From IMG/VR virus record IMGVR_UViG_3300030379_000009, positions 1 to 5,925 of that record: a stretch of DNA of 5,925 nucleotides. One strand, written 5' to 3'. The DNA comes from a virus. Both the position numbers and the translations under genes were made by a program. Positions 1 through 5,620 of this stretch are shown here, piece after piece. Below the pieces are notes generated by a model, which was given only the letters and a program-made list of their open reading frames with translations, had not been told where the DNA came from and ran no database searches. Numbering within the stretch: position 1 is the stretch's first letter; each line of letters starts with the position of its first letter.

Positions 1-77
1 AAAAAAGACGCAGAGACAGATGAAGTTATCATTACTATTGGTAGTCACTTGGCTACTGAGCAAGTGTTTAAATCGGA
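1..77. repeat. Terminal direct repeat, copy A (identical to 5849..5925); circular-genome assembly overlap
   Basis: Hand alignment shows that aaaaaagacgcagagacagatgaagttatc...gtgtttaaatcgga at 1-77 recurs base-for-base at 5849-5925. This implies a circle of 5,848 nt. Confidence 0.95.
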
Positions 78-183
78 AGAAGAAGCTCAAAAAGTAATTG
101 ACGCAACAGATTGGAATCTAGTGGCAGCACTGATCTATGCCTGTAAAGAAGCCGACCGATGGGAAGAAGAACAAAAAAAGTAA
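1..183 (+). CDS. 3' portion of a 70-aa wrap-around ORF (starts at ATG 5819, stop TAA 181-183); acidic hypothetical protein
   Basis: Frame 1 is open from base 1 to TAA at 181-183. It is in phase with ATG 5819 once the 77-nt repeat is collapsed (5849 = position 1 and begins a codon). The joined product is MNLKEAFKIRKKDAETDEVIITIGSHLATEQVFKSEEEAQKVIDATDWNLVAALIYACKEADRWEEEQKK. It sits tightly between the neighbouring + strand genes. I recognise no family. Confidence 0.6.
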   Translation, partial: KKDAETDEVIITIGSHLATEQVFKSEEEAQKVIDATDWNLVAALIYACKEADRWEEEQKK

Positions 184-193
184 CAATAAAAAA

Positions 194-200
194 AGAGGAG
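194..200 (+). promoter_or_regulatory. Shine-Dalgarno-like ribosome-binding site for VP1
   Basis: AGAGGAG lies 9 nt upstream of ATG 210. It is the only strong purine-rich SD I can see upstream of any gene in the window. Confidence 0.6.
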
Positions 201-209
201 AAATAAACT

Positions 210-2189
210 ATGACAGTCGTAAGAACATTAGGTAAAAATACACTAGGCGACAACGATAAAATGAAGGTCGCAATGAGAGATTATGACATGTCTACTCATG
301 ATATATCAACAATATTCAGAAGTTCAATCGGTGTAGGAATGCTTGTGCCATTCTGTAAAATACTCTGTCAAAAGGGAGATATCATCGATTTGAATCTGAT
401 CAACAAAACACTAAGCCAACCAACATTAGGACCACTGTTCGGATCATTCAAACTACAACACTTCCTGTTTTTCGGAGGTTTCCGATTATACAACAGCTGG
501 CTACACAATAACCGAACAGGAATTGGTATGAAAATGAGTGACATCAAGTTACCCATGATGATGGCTCAAACAACCGGTATAGCAACAGATGCAAAAACAA
601 ACATCTCAGCATCAGCTTTATACAAATACCTCGGATGGAGCAAATCACGACGAAAAGGAGCAAATGCAACACAAGGAGTATTAAAGAACGGAATCCCCTT
701 ACTCTTGTATCTTGACATATTTAAAAATTTCTTCGCAAACACGCAGGAAAAAAAGTTTTACATGCTAAAAGGAGCGGGAAATATAAAATTAAACTTTGCA
801 AAAACATATAACAACAATAACGACGGAATATACGTTATCGGAATAAATCAAAAGAGTGTAGATATAGTCCCTCAAACTACTATAACGGCAGGCGTAATCT
901 TAAACGATTACAAAGATTTTTGGAACAGTATAAAAGTGAAAGTATTGGAAAGCGACGGAGGGCTATATAATAAAACACTAGGTCAATTAACAAAAAACGC
1001 AGCACTTTCTACCATCGTTCTAAACAATATAAGTGCTGATCCATACGCAACAATATTACAATTTTTCATAACAAAAGAAACACTGAAATTCATAAAAACC
1101 GAATTAGGGCAATACGACTTAAAGCTGCTTGATCAAATCAGAGACGTAATTCTGCACTACAAAGGTAATGAAACGATTAAAATAATAGGAGAAAATTTCG
1201 GAGACGCAAATAACGGAAGTGCTGAATTAACAACATTTATAAATGACATTATTAAAAGTCAATCCAATAAATTAGGCGGAATGTTGCTAAAAACATACGA
1301 TAGCGACATTTTCAACAATTGGATACAAACAGATTGGATCGACGGAGCAGGAGGCATCACAGAATTAACAAGTATCGACATTACAGCCAATGACGGAAAA
1401 TTAACAATGGATGCACTGAACCTGCAACAGAAAGTTTACAACATGTTAAACAGAATTGCAATATCGGGAGGTACATATCGAGATTGGTTGGAAACAGTAT
1501 ACACAGCAGGTAAATATCTTGACAGACCAGAAACACCTGTATTTATCGGAGGTATGACTCAATATATCGAATTCGACGAGGTGATATCAAAAAGCGCAAC
1601 AGAGACAACATACGGTAGTCAACCGCTAGGAGACATCGCTGCAATCGGAAGAGGAGGTAAACCACTCAATAACGGGCACGTACACTATCAATGCGAAGAA
1701 CCAGGATACATCATGGGTTTAATGGCTATCACACCAATGGTGGATTACTCACAAGGTAACGATTTCGATTTGAATTTACAGACAATCGATGATCTGCACA
1801 AGCCGGCACTTGACGGAATCGGATATCAAGACCTTATCCAAGAACAAATGGTCGGAGAAACGTCCGTATACGATGGAAGTCCAACAATAGATAAAATTAA
1901 ACACCTAGCCGCTAACAAAACAGTGGCCTGGATCGACTACATGACCAATTATAACCGTACGTTCGGAGATTTTGCAGCAGGAGAAGCGCTGGACTTCATG
2001 GTGTTAAACAGACGTTATGAGGTAGGAAATGATAATACAATCGAAGACCTAACCACATACATTGATCCACAGAAATACATCGAAATCTTTGCGGATACAT
2101 CAATTGACAGTCAGAATTTCTGGGTACAAACAGTAGTACAGGCAACGAGACGAGGAAACTATAGTGCTAAACAAATACCATTCTTATAA
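210..2189 (+). CDS. VP1: Microviridae major capsid protein (VP1 / F-like), 659 aa
   Basis: This is the longest ORF and is preceded by an SD. Its N-terminus (YDMSTHDISTIFRSSIGVGMLVPF...KGD) resembles the conserved microvirus capsid N-terminal block (S-H-D-L/I-S ... G-x-L-x-P ... GD). Other blocks I recognise from gokushovirus/alpavirus VP1 proteins are ISGGTYRDWLETVY...DRPETPVFIGG, EPGYIMGLMAITP...DYSQG and the C-terminal YIDP..Y..IF...FW. The genome size and gene set fit Microviridae. Confidence 0.93.
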   Translation: MTVVRTLGKNTLGDNDKMKVAMRDYDMSTHDISTIFRSSIGVGMLVPFCKILCQKGDIIDLNLINKTLSQPTLGPLFGSFKLQHFLFFGGFRLYNSWLHNNRTGIGMKMSDIKLPMMMAQTTGIATDAKTNISASALYKYLGWSKSRRKGANATQGVLKNGIPLLLYLDIFKNFFANTQEKKFYMLKGAGNIKLNFAKTYNNNNDGIYVIGINQKSVDIVPQTTITAGVILNDYKDFWNSIKVKVLESDGGLYNKTLGQLTKNAALSTIVLNNISADPYATILQFFITKETLKFIKTELGQYDLKLLDQIRDVILHYKGNETIKIIGENFGDANNGSAELTTFINDIIKSQSNKLGGMLLKTYDSDIFNNWIQTDWIDGAGGITELTSIDITANDGKLTMDALNLQQKVYNMLNRIAISGGTYRDWLETVYTAGKYLDRPETPVFIGGMTQYIEFDEVISKSATETTYGSQPLGDIAAIGRGGKPLNNGHVHYQCEEPGYIMGLMAITPMVDYSQGNDFDLNLQTIDDLHKPALDGIGYQDLIQEQMVGETSVYDGSPTIDKIKHLAANKTVAWIDYMTNYNRTFGDFAAGEALDFMVLNRRYEVGNDNTIEDLTTYIDPQKYIEIFADTSIDSQNFWVQTVVQATRRGNYSAKQIPFL

Positions 2190-2190
2190 T

Positions 2191-2529
2191 ATGAAACGTA
2201 TTAACAAAATCAGAGTAAACAACTTCAAAGGAATGATCAAAGAAACGGAAAAAGGCGAAACCTTGATCAAAAAAATCCAAAGAATACTTGACGAGAACGA
2301 ACCGTTGACGGACGGAGCACCCATGATCTATACACCTAAACAAGCGGGAATAAGAGACGACTGTAACATACGTACGGACAAATGGACTTTAGCTATGAAC
2401 GCAATGGATAGAGTCAATAACTACAAATTGAACGAGTACCTCAAAAAGGGAGAAGCCGAAACACCAAAGACAGCCGAGGGTCAAACAGAAGGAGGAACAA
2501 CTGATCCAAACCCGACAAGAGATAACTAA
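2191..2529 (+). CDS. Hypothetical 112-aa protein; possible internal scaffolding (VP3-like) protein
   Basis: ATG 2191 lies 1 nt after the VP1 stop (TAA 2187-2189). The ORF track's longer form starts at GTG 2164 inside VP1. The product is MKRINKIRVNNFKG...PMIYTPKQAGIRDDCNIRTDKWTLAMNAMDRV...TDPNPTRDN. The function is suggested only by size, by position next to the capsid gene, and by a vague memory of an IRTD(R/K)W-type block in microvirus scaffold proteins. A terminator follows the gene. Confidence 0.7.
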   Translation: MKRINKIRVNNFKGMIKETEKGETLIKKIQRILDENEPLTDGAPMIYTPKQAGIRDDCNIRTDKWTLAMNAMDRVNNYKLNEYLKKGEAETPKTAEGQTEGGTTDPNPTRDN

Positions 2530-2548
2530 TCGGGTACGATTACGAACA

Positions 2549-2621
2549 CTATATGCGAAAAGGGCGGATGTAATTATTTATGTCCGCTTTTTAAAGCCAA
2601 AAAAGCGCAGTACGCATATAG
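2549..2621. repeat. 9-bp inverted repeat (CTATATGCG 2549-2557 / CGCATATAG 2613-2621) enclosing the terminator hairpin
   Basis: The two arms are exact reverse complements by hand check, and the terminator stem-loop lies between them. In the ssDNA genome this could form a compound stem structure. Confidence 0.6.
2564..2592 (+). terminator. Rho-independent terminator after the VP1 and 112-aa gene pair
   Basis: GCGGATGTAA-TTAT-TTATGTCCGC forms a 10-bp stem (two G.U pairs) with a 4-nt loop at 2564-2587, followed by TTTTT at 2588-2592. An A-tract (AAAAGG) lies just upstream, so it could also work bidirectionally. Confidence 0.7.
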
Positions 2622-2636
2622 CATATTATATCAAGT
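2609..2636 (+). other. dif-like 28-mer; candidate XerC/XerD recombination (attP-like) site
   Basis: I aligned AGTACGCATAT-AGCATA-TTATATCAAGT by hand to E. coli dif GGTGCGCATAA-TGTATA-TTATGTTAAAT. This gives 20/28 identities (8/11 XerC arm, 4/6 spacer, 8/11 XerD arm). The site is intergenic. The AT-rich context raises the chance-match rate. Confidence 0.3.
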
Positions 2637-2692
2637 AAATATAGGTAGAGCTTCTTCAAAAGTAAGCTCGAAGAATGTAAAAATTTATTATT

Positions 2693-3769
2693 ATGGGATT
2701 AGGAGCAAAACTAGCAGACGCAGCAACCGCAGGTTTAACAGGTGCTGTAACCGGAGGAATAGGATCAATAGTCAGCGGTGGTCTAGGACTACTGGGAGGT
2801 CTATTCAAAAGAAACAATAACGGATTCAAAAACCAGCAGAAACTAATGCAACAAGCATGGGAGTATGAAAAAGAGGGCATGGGTCTGCAATATAATTACG
2901 GACAACAAGCGGCAGACGCTGAATACAAACGAAATTTGCAAATGTGGAAAGACACTAATTTCGGAGCACAAAGAAACCAAATGGAAGACGCAGGATTGAG
3001 CGTAGGACTCATGTACGGCAACGGAGGAGGACAAGCAGCAAGCACAGCAGGCGGAGATGGAATGCAGCCAAGCGGACCAAAAATGAATCCTGTAGAAGCA
3101 GCACTACAACAACAAGCGATGGGACTACAACTGAAGCAGATAGAGGCGCAAAACAGACTTGCAAGCGCTGAAACAGCCAAAACATTGGCAGAAGCAAACA
3201 AAATCGCAGGAGTAGACACAGAAGGGCAGGACCTTGAAAATAAATGGCAGGAAATTGAAAACAGAATCCAATTAAGCAAAGAAAATATAGCAGCGGCAAA
3301 CGTAACGGAAGCAAACGCCAATGCAAAAAAAGCAGTCGAACTCTTGAATCAAGAGATACTGAACACAAAATATCTAGACAAAACTCAAGAGGAAAGAGTA
3401 GCAAAACTAGTATCGGAGATAGCATTATTACAAAAAGAAGGAGCTGTGCAAGACTCAATCGTAGATGTAAACTACAACACTGCAAGAAAGATACAAAAGG
3501 AAGTGGAAAATTTCTACTATGAGATGATAACAAAGAGAATGTCGGCTGAAGCAGCGAAAGAACAAGCAGCAGCTATGGTGGACAAAATCGCAAAAGACTA
3601 TGAACTCGGAAAAGGACATCTAGACAACGAAAACCAAAAAAACCTCAGAGAATGGATTTTCGGAGGAATCAATCAGTTGTCGGAGATCATAGAATCTATA
3701 AGCAAGTTCAAACAAGCACAATCTCTACTCAAGAGATTAGAAAAAGTAATCAGAAAACCAAACGAGTAA
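2693..3769 (+). CDS. VP2: Microviridae DNA pilot / minor capsid protein (VP2 / H-like), 358 aa
   Basis: The N-terminus is Gly/Ala-rich and hydrophobic (GLGAKLADAATAGLTGAVTGGIGSIVSGGLGLLGGLF). A long Q/A/E/K-rich, heptad-like helical region follows. The gene sits between the capsid and Rep genes. This architecture is typical of microvirus pilot proteins. Confidence 0.8.
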   Translation: MGLGAKLADAATAGLTGAVTGGIGSIVSGGLGLLGGLFKRNNNGFKNQQKLMQQAWEYEKEGMGLQYNYGQQAADAEYKRNLQMWKDTNFGAQRNQMEDAGLSVGLMYGNGGGQAASTAGGDGMQPSGPKMNPVEAALQQQAMGLQLKQIEAQNRLASAETAKTLAEANKIAGVDTEGQDLENKWQEIENRIQLSKENIAAANVTEANANAKKAVELLNQEILNTKYLDKTQEERVAKLVSEIALLQKEGAVQDSIVDVNYNTARKIQKEVENFYYEMITKRMSAEAAKEQAAAMVDKIAKDYELGKGHLDNENQKNLREWIFGGINQLSEIIESISKFKQAQSLLKRLEKVIRKPNE

Positions 3770-3770
3770 T

Positions 3771-4811
3771 ATGTGTTACTTCACAAAAAAAGTATTAAAC
3801 AAGCGGTTTCTGCCTAATCGGAAGAATAGATGGAGACCGCCTGTGTGTACAGACGAAAGATTCAGATATGTAGAAGTAGAATGCGGACACTGTTTCGAAT
3901 GTCGTAAAAAAAAGAGAAGAGAATGGAGAATCAGAAATTACGAACAACTGAAAGAGACACCTCACGCAGTGTTTTTTACAGGAACAGTATCTCCACAAAG
4001 ATATGAATATATCTGTAAAAGATATGGATTTAAAAACGACGGATCACAAGATAACGAGATAATTACAAAAATACACAGATTATTCCTAGAAAGAATCAGA
4101 AAACAAACCGGAAAATCAGTAAAACATTGGTGTGTGACTGAAAAAGGACATACCAATACAAGAAGAATACACCTACACGGATTATTTTACGCAAGAGAAG
4201 GACAAACAAAATGGCAATTAACAAAACTATTATACGAAAATTGGATTGACGGATACAAATATTACGGAAGATACGTTAACGAAAGAACAATAAACTATGT
4301 ATCAAAATACATGACAAAAAAAGACGAAGACAATCCTGATTATATATCAATAGTACTATGCAGCAAAGGGCTTGGAGCAAACTATGCAAAAGAAAACCAA
4401 CTAAAGCACAGATGGAATGGAGAAAAAACAATTATTACATATAAGGCACATAACGGGCAAGATTTACCATTACCAAGATACTACAAAACAACCATATATA
4501 CAGACGATCAGAGGCAACTACTGTGGCTATATGCCGAAGATAAAGGCGTGAAATGGGTGAAAGGATTCGAGGTAATAGGAGCTAACACGGTGAACAAAGA
4601 TTACTACGAGAGATTACTCAAGGAAAAAAATGAAAACGGAATCGGCTTACACGAGGACAATATCGAGGAAATTGAAAGGAAAAAGGCGATCAATCGAATG
4701 AATAAGCTACAAAATCTGACAAACAGAAAGAAAGCACAACGAAGGCAGATCAGAAGAGAAGAGGAAGATATCATGTATCAATACTTATCAGCAGAGTATT
4801 GTCCTTTCTAG
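3771..4811 (+). CDS. VP4: Rolling-circle replication initiation protein (VP4 / gpA-like, HUH endonuclease), 346 aa
   Basis: The start is 1 nt after the VP2 stop. A Cys cluster CGHCFECRKKKRREW begins at codon 38 (nt 3882). Motif 1 is like AVFFTGTVSP. The HUH motif is RRIHLHGLFY (His codons at 4170 and 4176). The two-tyrosine catalytic motif is YVSKYMTKK (Tyr codons at 4296 and 4308), closely resembling phiX174 gpA YVAKYVNKK. Confidence 0.93.
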   Translation: MCYFTKKVLNKRFLPNRKNRWRPPVCTDERFRYVEVECGHCFECRKKKRREWRIRNYEQLKETPHAVFFTGTVSPQRYEYICKRYGFKNDGSQDNEIITKIHRLFLERIRKQTGKSVKHWCVTEKGHTNTRRIHLHGLFYAREGQTKWQLTKLLYENWIDGYKYYGRYVNERTINYVSKYMTKKDEDNPDYISIVLCSKGLGANYAKENQLKHRWNGEKTIITYKAHNGQDLPLPRYYKTTIYTDDQRQLLWLYAEDKGVKWVKGFEVIGANTVNKDYYERLLKEKNENGIGLHEDNIEEIERKKAINRMNKLQNLTNRKKAQRRQIRREEEDIMYQYLSAEYCPF

Positions 4812-4851
4812 TTTTCGTTTCACGAAAACGTCTTGTCCGTAACGAACGGAC
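4811..4851 (+). other. Two tandem stem-loops abutting the VP4 stop codon (possible terminator or structural element)
   Basis: H1 (4811-4829) is GTTTTCGT-TTC-ACGAAAAC, an 8-bp stem with a 3-nt loop whose first base is the G of the TAG stop. H2 (4835-4851) is GTCCGT-AACGA-ACGGAC, a 6-bp stem. Neither has a clear U-tract. Confidence 0.5.
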
Positions 4852-4944
4852 TATAACCATGCGGCAAGCTTATTTTAATTTTACAGGGAGAGAAAGGTAA
4901 AGAAAGACAGAAGGACAGTTACCTACAATACCTGATTAAGGACA

Positions 4945-4978
4945 GGCGTGTACCCGACCAAAGGTCGTGGTATGCGCC
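4945..4978 (+). other. Long GC-rich hairpin (about 15 bp, 3-nt AAA loop) in the large intergenic region
   Basis: GGCGTGTACC-CGACC-AAA-GGTCG-T-GGTATGCGCC pairs 4945-4959 with 4963-4978, with one bulged T (4968) and two G.T pairs. An alternative pairing exists between CCAAAGG (4958-4964) and CCTTTGG (4977-4983). Confidence 0.6.
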
Positions 4979-5003
4979 TTTGGCGATATCAAGGAGCTAA
5001 CGC

Positions 5004-5022
5004 TCTAGGGCAACGCCCTAGA
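5004..5022 (+). other. Perfect 8-bp GC-rich hairpin with a 3-nt AAC loop
   Basis: TCTAGGGC-AAC-GCCCTAGA, with exact complementarity checked base by base. Confidence 0.6.
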
Positions 5023-5083
5023 ACCCTGTATTTGTCGCTCGCGCTATAGAAACGTTAAGAAAAGTTATAAGAATAGGAGAAAA

Positions 5084-5115
5084 TTTGGAAATTCAAAAAA
5101 AACAATGAACCTTTG
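5084..5115 (+). promoter_or_regulatory. Candidate Bacteroidetes-type promoter (-33 TTTG / -7 TAnnTTTG-like) for the small-ORF block
   Basis: TTTG lies at 5084-5087 and AACCTTTG at 5108-5115, separated by 20 nt. The second element has one mismatch to TAnnTTTG at its first base. It ends about 36 nt upstream of ATG 5152. No perfect TAnnTTTG exists anywhere in the window. Confidence 0.25.
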
Positions 5116-5151
5116 TAGTGTTCAAAAAACAAAGAGTATTAACCGTTCCGT

Positions 5152-5397
5152 ATGGAACATAAAAATTTAAAAATCATGGCAGCAACAAATTGGACAATCG
5201 TCACAAGAAGAAAAGACAACGGAATAGTAGTAACATTTCCGTTATTATCGAAATGGACTTATAAAACAGCAGTAGCAATCGCAAAAGAATCAACGGATAC
5301 AAGCACATTCGAAATTATATGTATCGTAGAAACAAATAAAATCTTATTAAATAATGATAAAAAAGAGATTCAAACGGACGAGTTACCTATCGGATAA
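5152..5397 (+). CDS. Hypothetical protein, 81 aa (ORFan)
   Basis: This is an open + strand frame, the first gene after the large intergenic region, packed against the next ORFs. An alternative start is ATG 5176. I recognise no motif. Confidence 0.5.
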   Translation: MEHKNLKIMAATNWTIVTRRKDNGIVVTFPLLSKWTYKTAVAIAKESTDTSTFEIICIVETNKILLNNDKKEIQTDELPIG

Positions 5398-5620
5398 CGA
5401 AACATTTACTACATTTAAAGCAATGAAAACATACGCCTACTTCAATACAAGAGTAGACGGTACAAAAGAAGGTTACGAACTAGCCGACGATGAAATAATA
5501 AGAATTTACGTATTTAAAAAACAAGAAAGGAGGATATTATGCATTAAAACCTATGACAAAGAAAAAGAATTAATCAATGAATTTAAAAAAAAGCAATTAA
5601 ATCTATTCGAAAATGGATAA
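5354..5620 (+). CDS. Hypothetical protein, 88 aa (65 aa if it starts at ATG 5423)
   Basis: This is an open + strand frame. Starting at 5354 it overlaps the upstream ORF by 44 nt, while ATG 5423 would leave a 25-nt gap. Its stop overlaps the next gene's start (ATGGATAA). I recognise no motif. Confidence 0.45.
   Translation: MIKKRFKRTSYLSDNETFTTFKAMKTYAYFNTRVDGTKEGYELADDEIIRIYVFKKQERRILCIKTYDKEKELINEFKKKQLNLFENG

Noticed and set aside
68-556. Minus-strand ORFs 68-253 and 368-556
   Set aside because: These are short hydrophobic or odd-composition frames antisense to the junction ORF and VP1. They have no RBS and are on the wrong strand for a microvirus.
2164-2190. GTG 2164 as the start of the 121-aa version of the post-capsid ORF
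   Set aside because: It would overlap the VP1 3' end by 26 nt and use GTG. An ATG at 2191 sits 1 nt after the VP1 stop, matching the VP2/VP4 junction style. I prefer the shorter model but cannot exclude the longer one.
2628-2635. ATATCAAG occurs in both intergenic regions (also at 4986-4993); its complement CTTGATAT matches the core of the phiX174 origin (CAACTTGATATTAATAAC)
   Set aside because: The phiX-like reading is on the minus strand, whereas Rep must nick the viral, coding-sense strand. By rough estimate, a shared 8-mer between a 163-nt and a 340-nt AT-rich region is within chance expectation.
2656-3533. Minus-strand ORFs antisense to VP2 (2656-2880, 2843-3034, 2896-3321 at 141 aa, 3009-3533 at 174 aa)
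   Set aside because: Their products are low-complexity and rich in Cys, Leu, Phe and Ser. They stay open only because VP2's GCA/GAA/CAA/AAA-rich codons seldom create antisense stops. Microviridae transcribe a single strand, and every recognisable gene here is on the + strand.
3906-3913. A8 run inside VP4 (CGT AAA AAA AAG) as a possible programmed frameshift or transcriptional slippage site
   Set aside because: It simply encodes the KKK of the conserved C-x-x-C-R-K-K-K-R-R-E-W block. By my reading, the alternative frame closes after about 30 codons with no recognisable product.
3795-4156. Minus-strand ORFs 3795-3998 and 3962-4156 inside VP4
   Set aside because: They are antisense to a well-supported Rep gene, short, and lack start-site signals. 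I consider them spurious.
4994-5022. tRNA-like appearance (GAGC-TAAC-GCTC resembling a D-arm, then a stem with a possible 7-nt loop GCAACGC)
   Set aside because: The D-loop-like element has only 4 nt. There is no T-arm (no GTTCRA-type motif) and no acceptor stem. Loop position 33 would be C rather than the near-invariant U. The stem extends to an 8-bp, 3-nt-loop hairpin instead.
5075-5087. Orphan SD-like AGGAGA followed by TTG in the intergenic region
   Set aside because: The downstream frame closes after 7 codons (TTG GAA ATT CAA AAA AAA CAA TGA), so it is not a gene.
5145-5158. Small hairpin GTTCC-GTAT-GGAAC enclosing the ATG of the 5152 ORF
   Set aside because: It has only 5 bp in an AT-rich context. 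It is too weak to claim translational control without comparative support.
5105-5170. 21-aa basic mini-ORF (MNLCSVQKTKSINRSVWNIKI) as a J/ORF8-like DNA-binding peptide
   Set aside because: It is much less basic than known J proteins and has no RBS. It overlaps the candidate promoter and the start of the 5152 ORF. I cannot support it from sequence alone.
5359-5365. AAAAAAG in the 44-nt overlap of the 81-aa and 88-aa ORFs as a frameshift site fusing them
   Set aside because: The zero-frame codons are AAA AAA GAG, not the A-AAA-AAG heptamer register. The downstream ORF is in the +1 frame rather than -1, so the classical slippery-site model does not fit.
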